Origin: Welwitschia mirabilis
Taxonomy: Eukaryota
DNA: 59,075 nt
Direction of reading: 5' to 3'
NCBI GenBank assembly: GCA_051453625.1
Contig: JBOZIK010000001.1
Coordinates: 25,087,273 to 25,146,347 of the forward strand
Part shown: piece by piece, positions 25,713 to 39,700 of the stretch
Layout of the letters: each line of letters opens with the position of its first letter
How positions within the stretch are numbered: the stretch's first letter is position 1
Notes under the pieces: generated by a model
What the model was told of the DNA's origin: nothing
The model's database searches: none
Seen by the model: the letters and a program-made list of their open reading frames with translations, nothing else
Position numbers and translations under genes: made by a program

Positions 25713-27291
25713 TCTTAATGCTATTATTGGGAAAGGCCGTTTGAAGTTCGAGGATTGTCGTTGCTTAGATAAGTAGTTTGGATTTTGGTTTAGGTATTTA
25801 TTTATAGTAGCATTCTATCTTTATAGTAAAAGCATATATTTTCTATTTACATTTTTTTAATTTTCATTCCAAAAATGATGCCCTATCATCCCCATTATCA
25901 TCTAGAGATGTGCAATAATAATAGCCTAAAAAACTTAGGGTTTTTCATTTTCATAAGAACTAGGATTTTATTATCATTCGCTCTTTCATCCAGACAACAT
26001 AGTGAATGGATGTCAGTTTGCATTCTATGTTATTTCATTATTCTATTTTTTTCTATTTTTCATTTTTTGGTTTCTTGTATCTTCTATCATTTAGATACAT
26101 CATCCAAACAACCATAGAGATGAAATTTATAGAAATAGAACTGAGCATGCTAGGACATGATAAACTCAAGTAAAAAGATAAAATATTAAAGATACTAGTT
26201 ATTAATCAAGAAAACATTTGAGAAGGTCTGATTAACTATGAACTTAGCCTAGGTCCACACACCCGTGTATGCAAAATATTTCGAGAATTGAGTAAGAAGA
26301 TTTTTATACATTTATTATTTCCAAATCTGATTTTTCCAAATAAAATTTTTAAAAAGAAAGTCCAAAATAAAATCGTTTTATTATAATGTTGAATTCTATA
26401 TAAAAACAGAAATAAGTTATTTTACCTAATCATTATATCATGATCAGAACTTCTAATACCCTTGTAAATCCAAATGCTAATGTTACTCTTAAAGAGCTAA
26501 TTACAAATAAGAAGCATGAAATCCAAAATCCTTTTTACCTACCTCCTGATGATGATGTCTAGTTAAGAAATTTAAATTATCTTATTTTTAATGGAGAAAA
26601 TGATGAATATCCTCTCTAGCATATAGCCAACATCAAACAATTAGTGCTTACTTCTAAAAACAATAAAAATGAATTAGTGATCATACTTACATGGTTATTT
26701 TTTCCATCACATTAAAGAGAAAAGTAAAGTTATAGTTAAGAATTATTTCTCATAAAATCTTAAAAATATAGAACCAAGTTTAAGAAGCCTTTACAAAGAG
26801 ATTTATGAGTAAAACAACAATAAGAAAAAGAAAGAAAAAGATAACAAATTTCCAACAACAACCTAATGAACATTATATCTTCACTTATGAACTATTTTTC
26901 ATTATAATACATTCTAATCCCATAGATATATTCACTCAAGAAGAACTAGTAGATTATTTCTATAGTGGACTTAATAGCCAAACTAAAGAACTTATAGATT
27001 TCTCATATGAAGGAAATTTAATGAATCTCACATTATAAAATACATGAATATTATTAAAAGCACTAGTAAAAGTAAGTCAAACATAGCCTAAACCAACACT
27101 TAAAGAAAATCATACTATAGGCCAAATCACAAAGGAACTTAAAGAAGTAAAACAAGAAAAGGAGGAAGTAAAAATANNNNNNNNNNNNNNNNNNNNNNNN
27201 NNNNNNNNNNNNNNNNNNNNNNNNNNNNNNNNNNNNNNNNNNNNNNNNNNNNNNNNNNNNNNNNNNNNNNNNNNNNAAGGACTTCACAACA
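24469..27291 (+). mobile_element. Athila-like element B1: 5' LTR, PBS, UTR and truncated gag
   Basis: LTR 24469-25712 ends accacaACA; a decayed tRNA-Asp PBS follows; gag remnant EELVDYFYSGLN..LIDFS..GNLM. Colinear with 27351-30080. Confidence 0.85.
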
Positions 27292-27350
27292 TAAGAAAAC
27301 AATAGTATTTGGAAAAAGAAATGTTGATAAATACATAGAATCTATACCAT

Positions 27351-28586
27351 TACTACGCTACTAACTTGTATATATTTCATAGGGTATTTTGAGTAGTTTT
27401 GCAGCATATTAGACAGGTTTATGTTGAGTTTTAACAATAATGAGGAGCTAAGGTAAATATCATAAAGACATGTAATCTTTATTAATTTGACAACATTTAT
27501 AGAAATTTATAATATTTCTTATCTAAATTAGAAATCCTGTAATCAAAGAGACTAATTTAATATAAGAAACATCTTTATAAAGCTCACCGTTCATCTTATT
27601 GTTTAGATGACCATATCGATGATAGATGAACTTATGCTGACAAGTACGCTTACTGGACTAATCTAGATGCTGATGTGGATGATATAGAATATGGAATTAT
27701 CTTGTAATATTTAAATAACTAGCAAGATAACATCTAAAAGTAATGGTTTATCAAACTTCATCAAACTTCACCATGTGTCATGCACCTCCTTATGTGGTTA
27801 TTAGTGTTTTATCATATTTATTAGTGTTTGTTGTTTTTAAAGTAGTTGTTTGTAATAAATACCTTCTTTACCCTTGAGTCTGACTTTATCTTCTTTAGCA
27901 TTAAAAATTCTCATGAAAAGAGATTGAAGAATAATAGATTCATCTTTATAATTACAGAGAGACATCTTCCTTAGTGTTGGGTTGTGTATTCTTATAATAC
28001 ATATGTTGATTTGAAATTAATTAAAACTTTATTTTTATTTCATATCTTTTATTATGTACATCTCCCTTATGGTTTATATTACTTATGATTTCGTGATAGC
28101 TTCATCTGTAATATAGATCATGAGGGAAATCTTTGTTAAGATTGATACTAGTGGTTTAGATGAATTGCATTTCATTTCCTAGATTAACTTTGCATTATTT
28201 TATATTTTTTTTGATGCATCTAATATCTTAGGTTAGTCTTGCCTTGGTAATGATTTTCCTTGATTAATATAGATTATATAATATTGATCTCTATGATAGG
28301 TTAATTTGATAATCGAATAGATGTTTCATTTACATTAGCTTTTCATTTCATTTGTATAACTATGTTTACTTGCATTCTTTACTTTGCATTATTATTATTT
28401 TTTTACTTAGGAAGTGTATTAATATTTTCTTTTAAATAAACTCTCTTTCTTCTCACCTATTCCTTCGATGGAATTATGACCTTTGAGTCCACTTCTATCT
28501 ATATTAGTGTGTTATGTTTATGTGTATATTTATGATTAACAAGATTTTACTAAGGATGTAATATTATATAAATACATGCCACAACA
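27351..28586 (+). repeat. LTR, family B (copy 2)
   Basis: Homologous to copy 1; ends gccacaACA before the PBS. Confidence 0.9.
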
Positions 28587-29009
28587 TCTTGGTACCATTA
28601 TCAAGAAAGACTACTTGAAATTTGAGAAGTGTCATTACTTAGATAAGTAGTTTGGATTTTAGTTTAAGTATTCATCTGAAAATCTTTACAATAGAACTAT
28701 AGGTTTCTTTTTTCATATTTTCGAAATTGTGTTTTGAAAATAACACCTTGTTATCTCTCTCATTATCCAAATGATGTGTGATGATAATGCCATTTAAAAC
28801 TAGGGTTTTTTTATTTTTTATAAGATCTAGTCTTTTATTTGTATCATCCCCTCTGTCATATAGATAACTCGAAGAATAACTATCAGTTTTCATTCTATAT
28901 TACTTTGTGATTCTATTTTTCTTTGTTTTTTATTTTCAGGTTTTTTATATCTTCTATCATCCAAGTACATCATCTAGATAACTCTTGAGAGATATAAAAA
29001 TAGAACTAA

Positions 29010-30632
29010 GCATGCTAGGATATGATATACTCTAATAAAAATATAAAGTATCAAAAAGAGTGGTTGCTAATCAAAGCAAACATCCAAAAAGGTTTAATTA
29101 ACTATAAACTAAACCTAGGTATGCACACCCCAAGTACATAAAATATGTCAAGAATTAAGTAAAAATATTTTTCTACATTTATTATTTCAAAATCTGATTT
29201 TTCTAAATAAAATTTTTCAAAAAAAGGTTTAAAAGAAAATAGTTTTATTACAATGTTGAATTCTATGCAAAAACAAAAATAAGTATCTTTACCTAATCCC
29301 CCTATCATGATAAAAACCTCTACTATTTTCATAAATCCAAATGCTAATTTCATTCTTAAGGAACTAATTACAAATAAAAAGTATGAAATTCAAAATCCAT
29401 TTAACCTACCTCCTAGTAATAATATCAAGTTAAGAAATATAAATGCATATCCTATTTTTAATGGAGAAAATGATGAATATTTTCTTCAACATATAGATAA
29501 TATTAAATAATTAGTGCTTATTTCAAGAAATAGTAAAAAATGAATTAGTGATTATACTTATATGGTTATATTTTTCATAATATTAAAAGAAAAAGTAAAA
29601 TTATGATTAAGAACTATTCCTCGTAAAGTCTTCAAAACATAGAACATAGTTCAAGAAGCCTTTATAAAAAGATTTATCAGGGAAACAATAATAAGAAAGA
29701 GAAAGAAAGAGGTAATGAATTTCTAACAACAACCTAATGATAATTATATCACTATTTATGAATTTTTTTATTGTAATGAATTGTAATCTTATTGATGCTT
29801 TTACTCTAGAAGAATTAATAGACTATTTCTACAATGGACTAAATAGCCAAACTAATCGACTTTTAGATTTTTCATGTGATAGAAATTTAATGAATCTTGC
29901 TTTAGAAAATGCATGGAGATTTTTTAAAAACCTAGTAAATGTAAGTTATACATGATCTAAAACATCATCTAAAGAATGTTGCACTATAGGTCAAATCATA
30001 AAAGATCTTAAAGAAGTAAAATAAGAAAAGGAGAAAGTAAAAACCAAAAAATAACTAACAAATGTCATTAAGTATTTTACAACAACATTAATAAAATATT
30101 CTCAAATGATTCTAGACATAAAAATAACAACTAAAAAGAGTGTGATTCTAACTTTTGATATATATAAAGACAACTATCATGTGACTAAACAGTATCCTTT
30201 ATTACTAACATACAAAGAGAAAATTTATGAAGAAGTATGTGCTTTTAACCAAAAATCTTCAAACTTTAGAAATCAAAATCAATTTTAATCTAGAATGGAC
30301 GGACAACCTAAATTTTAATTTTTTTGAGAAAAAATTCAAGAACTTTCGAGAAAATCATCCAAATTTTTAACCATTTAGAAATAGATTTGAGAATGATAAC
30401 TTTTAAACAAATAACTAAAGCTTCTAGCTAAGTAACTCACATTGTTAAGCAAGCATATTAAATTCTCAAATTCACTTAGAATTCCATTAAGGAATTAAGA
30501 AAATCTTAAAATAAGGCAAATTCAAACATTGAAAATCTAGTGAATGTTCTTCAACAGACTACGCTTGCAAATTAAAGACCTTAAGGATCACTTGCAATTA
30601 ACCTTTCCCAAATCCTAATAAAGTAATAAAAT
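29010..30632 (+). pseudogene. gag remnant of B2 (5' part)
   Basis: PIFNGENDEY..QHI and EELIDYFYNGLN...NLMN....AW motifs of Athila gag; many stops. Confidence 0.8.
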
Positions 30633-31702
30633 TTTTGTACTATCAATTTATAGTTATTTGATGGGGTTTTATAAGCTATTTTGCAGGATGTTTGTAGAGG
30701 TTTAGGTACAGTTCTAAGGATTTTAAAGATTTAATAGAAGATCTTGAAAATGTGAAAATATTACCCAGATTTGATGTATTTAAGGCATATTCTGATGCAT
30801 AGAGCTTTGAAGAATGATTGCTAATAAAAATGCTAAGTTTCTCCTCAATAAAGTGATTAAAGAAGACCATCATTCCCTCTATCATCCATAGGACATGCAG
30901 GACGATGACACCATTAGATGTCTTATAGGTGGATTACTGAATTATTTGTTGAGTCATATACTAAATCACCTTTATAATGATCTATTATTTCCATCATCCT
31001 TCAGATGACTGTTAGGAGAACTTTAACATGAAACCGACTCTAACAGGCAACCCTTGACTATTTTGTTCATTTCTTATTTGTACATGAATGTGTCTTATCA
31101 TGCCTTATGTATGTTTTTTTCTGCTATGTTTTCCTATAAATAAGTCCTCCTTCAATTCTCCTCCTTATTTTTATTACACTGGAAATTCTCATGACAGAAG
31201 ATCGAAGGGCGAAAGATCCATCTTAAGTGTTCTAGAAAAATGTTCCTTTGATGGAGGGTTGTGCATCCTCCATTGAGGCCTGACTATTTTGTAACCCAGA
31301 TGTAGGCTCTATTTTCATTTGTGCATTTATATTTGTTAGATGTTCCTTATGGTTTATGTTATCCTTGATCTAGTAACAATTTCTTAGATGATATAGATCA
31401 TTAAGGGCAGCCATTATTAATGTTGAAATCAAGTAGTTTAGTTTCATTTCACATTGCATGTAGATTAGTTGTATTTTGCATTTGCATTACATATTTTATC
31501 TTTTGCATTGTTCTTTATTTTGAGTTACTTTATTTTCTTATGAAAAAGCAATCTAAGTATTATCTCATAGTTTTTAATGAGATATGACATTTGGGTTAAC
31601 TCCCACTCATACATGTGTTATATTATGTGAGAAATCTATTTTAGTTTATGAATGATAGAATCCTTTTGAATATAAACACTTACGCAAATACACATCACAA
31701 TG
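30633..31702 (+). repeat. 5' LTR of C
   Basis: Colinear with 47094-48179 (19 mismatches in the first 100 bp, hand count). Confidence 0.9.
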
Positions 31703-32080
31703 AATTGGCGCCATTGCTAGGGATGGCTATTGAGGAGCACAAGGGATGTTGTCATTCAGGTGAGTATATAGATTTCCATTCAGTTATTTATCTGTAGTGA
31801 TATTGTATTTTTATTAAAAATATTAGGTTTTTTTGGTATTTTTTTAGTTTTAGTTTTTGTTTTTGGATTTTAGTAATCTATAATAAATCAATCCTTATCG
31901 TCTTTTTCATCATCCAGATGACTAGGAGGAAGAAAACTCTCTTTTTTTGAGTTTTTTATTTTTATTTTAGTTTTCATTCTACTTCTGTTTTCTAGTTTTT
32001 GTGTGTACCGTCCCCTCTATCATCTCCATAATAGATAGGATGACAAAGTTGTTTTTGATCTATTTTTTGTTGTTTTCTAT

Positions 32081-34200
32081 TTGCAAGGACTATGGTATGA
32101 TCGGTCAATAAAAAGAATTATTAGAGAAAAAAGGCTACTAATAGAAGAAATTATTAGTGAAGGACTAGTTAAGTTCAAAATAAAATCAAGAACACAATCT
32201 CTAAATGCATATAATATCTTTTCTGAGTATTTTTTTTGGTCAAAAAATTAAAGAAAGAAAAACTTGATCATCATTAAGCACTTATTAGATTCTCTTTTTC
32301 CCATTATTCTCAAAACATGAATAAAGATACAAAGATGCTTAGAGAGATTAAAAAAAAAGAAGAGTAGAAGATCCTGAGGTTTATAATAATAAAACAGTTC
32401 GAGAACTTCTTACAAAAAGAGGGATAACAACACAAAAAGATGTTGGGAATAGGGATTGAGCCCATTCCTCTTTTCAACCACCTTATTATTTCTCCTTTTC
32501 TTTTTAAAATCCATATAGAAATAATAATAAAAGTCTTAGGATTCAACCTCATTCAATCAATTTCATCCATTCCATTAATCTCCCATGCATTACTATGAAG
32601 AAGAATCATTCCCATTAATTACTGTAGTGAAGAAAATGATCCAATGAAATAATGGATACAATAATAAAGAACCAAGTAAATACCAACAAAAAAAATAAAA
32701 AGTTTCTTTGAGAACCTCCAATAAGCACTTATAATGCAAAATCCTCAAATTTATCCTTCTACATCTTATCTTAAGGTAAATAAGGAAAACTTAGGAATAA
32801 ATAATAATGATTATTGCCTCCAAATAAAGAATGAAATTTTTGATCAAAGTTTAACATATTACCCATTAAGAGATGAGCAAAGGTAAAACAACAACAATTC
32901 AACTCTATCTTTCAATAATGAAGATTAGGATGACCATTTATTAGATAATGATATTGAGGTGTTTGAAACCCATTTATTAGATAAGGAATACATTCATGAA
33001 AAATATAAAAATTCCTAAATCTAATGATAGAAATAGTGATTGTATTTCTTCTTCTCATGAAAATGATAGCATGCAACAAAATGATAAGAATGGTGAAGAA
33101 GAAGAAGATAATGAGATTAAAATATTAGATCACAACCCTTATTTTCACATGCTTTGTAAAGATGAAGGAATTCCACCATTAATGGAGGCTCAACTTTTGA
33201 GATTAATAGAGATAGGCATTAAAAATAAATTAATGGAAAACAATCAACTCAAGTCAAATGAGTATTATAGTTTAGAGTTAACAGAATTATTTAGGAAGGA
33301 AGAGGAACCAAATCAAGAAACATTAGAACATCTTTCATTACATAATGAAAACAATGACAACTTTCCTTTCTATAATCTTTCTAATTATGTTTCTGAGGAA
33401 CTAACCAACTTAGAAAAGAAAAATGATCCTTAACAAAATGAAAAAAAAGACAAGATACAATCAATAGAAAATAAGAGGGAGATATGATCAATAAAAAAAT
33501 AATTAAAACAAGTAACATCCTTTTTCTTAAAAGTAAAAAGACCCATCATCTTGAGGACTTGACTTCAAAAATCTCCCAACCTCTTTCTTTAAAAACTTCA
33601 TGTGTAAAAAGTAACATCTTTTCATCATTTGCAAAACCAACTCTACCTTATGTTTTTAATGATTATCCTTTTTAAAAACAAAATTTGGAATATCTTAAAA
33701 CTCTTAATTGAGAAAAACCATACCTTTTTGATCCCAATGCATATTTAAAATTACATATTAAAGAGCTTCTTAGGTATGTAAAACCTATCTTGATCACTCA
33801 TCCTAAGAAGTTTCTTATAAATCCTTGGATCTTAAATAATGCCTCCCATGTTTAATATCAAGCTCTAAATACAAGTTGTGTTTCAAATGCTTCAAATCAT
33901 GAGTTTAATAAAAGATTGTTTTTTCATAATTATATAAATTTTTAATTCCTTATCTTACTAATAATTCTTGTGGAAATAAAATTTCATGTGCTCATGGAAA
34001 TTGGAAAAAATCTTATCTTATTAAGAATCCATTCCTTGAGTCAAAAAATTTTGAAAAACCCTCAAAATCATCTTGAAAACTTTCTTTGAGTCCCTTCTCA
34101 TGTAACTTTTCTAATGATGCTCAAGATTCATAAAGTTTTCATAAGAGATTATTTTTCAATGACACTTATCACTTCTTTATCTCTTGTTTGAATTTTAAAA
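32081..34200 (+). pseudogene. Degenerate ORF of element C: gag-like N-terminus followed by unrelated N/E/K-rich sequence
   Basis: The start (LQGLWYDRSIKRIIREKRLLIEE) aligns with the D gag start at 36778. It includes the 145-aa and 63-aa ORF-track pieces; no gag core motifs recognised. Confidence 0.55.
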
Positions 34201-34960
34201 TTTATGTTATCAAAGTTTTATCTTTTTATTTTATCTTCTTCTAATTAATTTTACTTCAAAATGATTACATACCTTTCATGTTTTATCAATTAGTTAACAT
34301 TTGGTTTGGACCTTATTTTTCTGAAAGAATACAATATCTTAATACCATATTTCTTTTTTCTTTCTTTCTTTTATTTCAATAAAAGTGTAAGTTGATTTTA
34401 GAAATTGAATAAAATTGCTTGCCTTGATATTTTTCCTTTTAGCTTTCATAGTTCCTTTGATTTTAATTTTCAACTTTCTATTTTAATAATTTTAGTTTTC
34501 ATTTTCTTCTTTCAATTTTTATTTTTGTTTATGATCTATGTTTTCTATTTTTCCAATAATAATATTTTATCTCCTCTATCATCTCGATGATGGATAGAAT
34601 GACAGTTTTAATTTTTAGTTTTTCTGCTAGTTTTTTATGTTTTATTTCTGTCTCTTTCATTCTTTCTGTTGTCTAGATGATAAGCAAGATAATAGTTAGT
34701 TTTAGTTAATTTTAGTTTTCCATTATTTTAAAAAAAATACATTTTTATAGCTCTATTAATATTTCTGACTTGACTACTTAAGAATTGTAGGAAGTTAATG
34801 GGCACATGTTGGAATTAATTATGCAAATCATTTGAATTTTCTCTTAGTTTTTTTCCTTTGGCGGTTATTATGGCATTACTTGATCATCTTTCAAACATGA
34901 TTTATGTATTTATTTTCATGAATAGTCTTTAACTTAGGCACTTTATAGTGGTAATATTGA

Positions 34961-36215
34961 TGTTGTGATCCAATTTGTAGGAATTGAATGGTGTATTTTG
35001 AGTGCTTTTGCAGGACATTTACACAGGTTTGGATGCAATATTGATGATTATGAAGATTTGACAAGATGATCAATGAAATTCTTATCATATTTATTGGATT
35101 CTTAGGCTTATTTTGACACTGTATATTTTTAAGAAGACTTCATATTTCAAGAGATTAACTTACCTTTGAGATTAGAGATAAGAAATCCTATCATCCCCTA
35201 TGTAGTCCCCATAATAGGTAGAAGGATAGCACTGCTGATATGGACAAAAGCTTTGAAGCTAATTGTAGGGCATAAAGCTAATGATGTACCTTTTAACATA
35301 GGGTGACATCCCCTCTATTTTCCTCATGACAGTTAGGACAACAACTATTTTTTTAAGGTCAGAAAAAGTTATCTTTGTAATAGAGTCAAGCAAGCCATTT
35401 AGGCTATTAAGGTTTCTTTTCTGACTTCTAAGGTTAACTTTCTAGAACCTCATTGTAAAACTATAAATACCCTTTTCCTCCTTCATTTCTATTTTCATCT
35501 TTTATATTTGATATGCTTGTGATAGAAGATTGAAGAATAAGATGTTCATCCAGAACTACAGAAAGGAGTTTCCTTGGTGTTAGGTTGAGTCTCTTTCATT
35601 GAGGTGCTATTATTCTATTGTAAGTGGATGTAAAGTCCTTGAATTAATCCAATTACTCTTTGAATCAATACAATTGCTATTTTCACTTCAATTCTGTGAT
35701 GTCCTTTATAGTTACATTGTTTATAGTTTAAAGTGATAATTCTATTATTTATCTAGATCATAAAGACAACCTTTATTAAGGTTAACCTTGGTTAGTATTA
35801 GATTTACATTGCTATTCCATTCTATTTTACATTGCATTTTATATTCTACTTAATAGATCTCATAGTTTATGTTAGTTAAGAATAAGTTGAATACTCTTCT
35901 TAATTAATCTAAATTATACAGAAACTAGTCCTTATAACAAAAGGATTAGAAACCAATGGAGTTTATTTCATTTCCACTTGCATTTCATTTTCTTTCATTT
36001 GCATTGCATTTACTTATTAAATTACTTTTATTTTTTATTAGATAAAACACTAAAAACATCTTGAAAATCAAGTCTCTAACTCTTAGCCTACTGCCTTCAT
36101 TGGGATTATGACATTTGGATGACCTCCTTTCTATACTAGAGTGTATTTTCTATAAGTTATTTGATTTGTAGATTTGCTTAAGAATTTCAAGATTGCATAA
36201 ATTCATACTATAACA
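34961..36215 (+). repeat. 5' LTR of D
   Basis: TGTTG...TAACA; matches 44364-45621 on both sides of the gap. Confidence 0.9.
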
Positions 36216-36777
36216 TTTTGGTGCTAATGTCGGAAAAGGCCACAAGGAGCTAGAGAATTATCATTAACTAGATAAGTACCTTGAATTTTTTGTTTAGGTT
36301 ATTATTTAAATTAATGTTGTATTTCTAGTTTAGTTAAAAGTATTTTCATTTTCATAAAATTTTATTTTCTGTAATCTTTGTTAGGAATCCTGTTATTCTC
36401 TCTGTTGTCCCAATAACATTGGACATGACAATTTCAAATTTTAAAATTAGTTTTTATTTTTCTTTCATTTTTAGTTCAATAAATAAAAATACTATCCTCT
36501 TCTCTGTCATCCCCATGACAGATCAGACGATAGTCTAGTTTTTCAATAGTCTTTTTTGCATTTTGTAACTTTTCTTTGTTCAAGTTTAAATAAATTATTA
36601 TTTTATCTATTATCCCAATGACAGTCTGGATGATAGTTTAGGATTTTTTTTTTCTATTAGGAAATTTTCTTAGTTCAGATTTCTATTACTGTGATCATCG
36701 TCCTTCCTGTCATCCCCACAACTAGGCAGACAATAATATATTATTTTTTATTTTTCTTTTTTATTTATTTCTTGAGC

Positions 36778-39700
36778 ATGCAAGGATATGGTGAATTCTA
36801 GTAGAAAGATGAAATATCAAAGAGAATGAAACTTGATTGAAGAAAACATCAGAGAAGAATTATTCAACTTTAAGATAAATCTAGGTACGCATACCCTAAG
36901 TATGCAAATTCCCAAAATTAAAGAAGAAGGTTTTTTTACTTTCATTATTTTAGAATTAGATTTTGCAAAAATAAATTCTAGTATAGAAGTAGATCATGTT
37001 GTTTCTTCTTTGAATATGTCAAATGTATCAAAATCTTTACAAAAACAAAAGCAAGTTACTTAGTCTAGTACTCCAATCATAATAGGAATTTCTTCTTTAA
37101 ATGAAAACATCACTCTTAGAGATTTAATTGCAAATAGAAAATATAAAATTCAAAATCCTTTTGCTTTACCTCCCAGAGATGAGTATAATTAAGAAATTTA
37201 AGTGCTTATCCAACTTTTTTGGGAAACTAGAGAAAGATCCCTTTCAACATTTGGCTGACATTGAACAACTTATACTTACCTTAGGAAATGGGAAGAAACA
37301 TATTAGTGACGTATCTATATGATTATTTTTCCAGTCACACTTAGAGAAAGACAAAAAATTTGGCTTAAAACTATCCCACATAAAAGTCTTAAATCTTGGA
37401 TTCAAGTGTAAGAAGTATTTATTAAATACTTTTTGAGTGAAAGTTCCATAATGAAAAGAAGAAAAAAAGTAATCAACTTTCAACAACCACCTCATCAGAA
37501 TTATGCAATAGTTCATGAACATTTTATCATAGCCATTCCAATCCTATTGATGAATTTTGTAAGGAAGAACTAGTTGATTATTTCTATAGTGAATTGAATG
37601 CTTTAATAAAGCAACTAGTAGATTTTTCTTGTGGAGCAACTTGTTGAATTTAAGAATAGATGATGCATGGAGTGTGTTAGAAAACTTGGTAGAAATAAGT
37701 CAAACTTGGTCTAAATCCACTAAATAAAATAGCACTGTAGGTCAAATTCTAAAGGATTTAAAGAAAATGAAATATGATAATGAAGAAGAAGAGAGTACTC
37801 AACCAAACCAATAAAAGATTTTACTACTACTTTAGAGAAGTATACACAAATGATAGTTGATGCAAAGGTGGTAAAAAATGAAAACTAAACTTCAAATTAT
37901 GAAATTTGTGAAGATTACTCTCATCCAATGAAAGAATGCCCTTTGTTACCAACATGCAAGGAAAGGATGACTGAGAAGATTTGTGCCTTCAACAAAAGAA
38001 TACCTAATTTTAAAAGCCAACCAAAATTTCAACAAAGATTGGATAAATAATCTCAATGGAAACCTTTTGAAAACAGATTTAAAAATTTAAATTTTTAACA
38101 AAATTAGAATAATCCACTTAAGAAATCCATAAAGGAATTAATAAGAATAAAAGATAATGTTAACAACAATATTGAAAGAACTAATAACAACATTGAGAAG
38201 ACCAATAGCAATATTGAAAACTTAGTGAATGTACTTCAACAAACAATGCTTGTCAATCAAAGAGCATAAGGATCTCTTACATCTCAATCATTGCCCAACC
38301 CAAATGAAGTTAAGAGAGATTTTAAAATAGTAAAAATAAATGGAAATGATACAACACTTTCTACCCATGAGGTTTTAACTTCTAAAATAATTAAGTAAAT
38401 GAGGGAGATGATGATGAAATTTTATATTCAAACAACCTTTCATCAACATCATGTACTAAAGCCTCCACTAAAAATACTTCACAAGAAAATAAAAGAAAGA
38501 AATCCTCCACTTCTTGGCTTGATTGATTAAATACAAATCCTAAATTTGATGAACACCTAAAACCTTTAATGGAAGGAGTCAATATAAACTTACCTTTTTG
38601 GAAAATCTTGTAAGAAAATCCTAAATATTCTAACTTATGAAAAGATTTAGTAAGAAGAAAGTAAAAATGTATCATTCCTAGCAAATTTTTTCTTTCTTAA
38701 TCTCTTTTCAACCTAGTTATGCAAAAATTTTCTAAATTCAAAGACCTTGGAGCTGCAACTATAAGTGTTACCTTAGAAGAAAATAAAAGAATTTGAAAAG
38801 CTTTAATTAATATAGGAGCAAGTATAAACATTATCATTATCCACATATGTAAGAGACTTTTTTTAGAAAGCAAAGTTGAACCTACACCGATCATCTTGAA
38901 ATTAGCTGATACCTCAATCAAGAAACCATTAGGAATTATCAAAGACCTAGTTATCCAAATTGACGAATATTTTTATCCCATCGATGTTGTCATAATTAAG
39001 ATAGAATATGATGGAGGATATCCACTCCTTTTAGGAAGAGCCTTTTATGCAACTTCCCATTGTATCATCAACACACAATCTGGGATGATAAGATACTACT
39101 TTAACAATAAAACAATTACATTAAAGGTTTTGGTGATATTAAAAAAGATACAAGAACTGAGTTTAATCTTGAAGATGAATTGAGACCAACCTTGTTTTTA
39201 CTACATTAACCAATTAAAGAGAGATTAATCATGCTACATGAACCAAATTTCTATGATGACCTCACTAAAATGCACTGTTTTGAGTCTAAGGATGAATAAC
39301 ACATAGATTGGAAAGAAACTCAACATCTTCATTCAGTAGAAAAACCTTTAAAGAGTATCATCCCATGTTTTTCATAGCCACGACAGATGGGACGATAACC
39401 CAAAATACCATCCTTGAACTTAAGAAATTACTCTAAGGATTAAAATATATTTTTTTCTAAAAACTAGGTGAAACCTTTGATAATTAGTAATCTTCTTACT
39501 CCTCATCAAGAATCAAACTTGATCTCACTCTTAATTTTAAAAGAAAATTCTTTTGCTTAGAACATAAAGACTTAACTACCATTCCTATTTTCATAGTTTA
39601 AAATAAGATTTACCTTGAAGATAAGGCTAAACCTATTAGACACCCCCAAATAAGACTCAACCTGAACCTTAAACAAATCATTAAAGATGAAATCATTAAA

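Noticed and set aside
32996-33433. 145-aa ORF as a host gene
   Set aside because: It lies inside element C between stop-ridden pieces of the same degenerate ORF; no gene structure.
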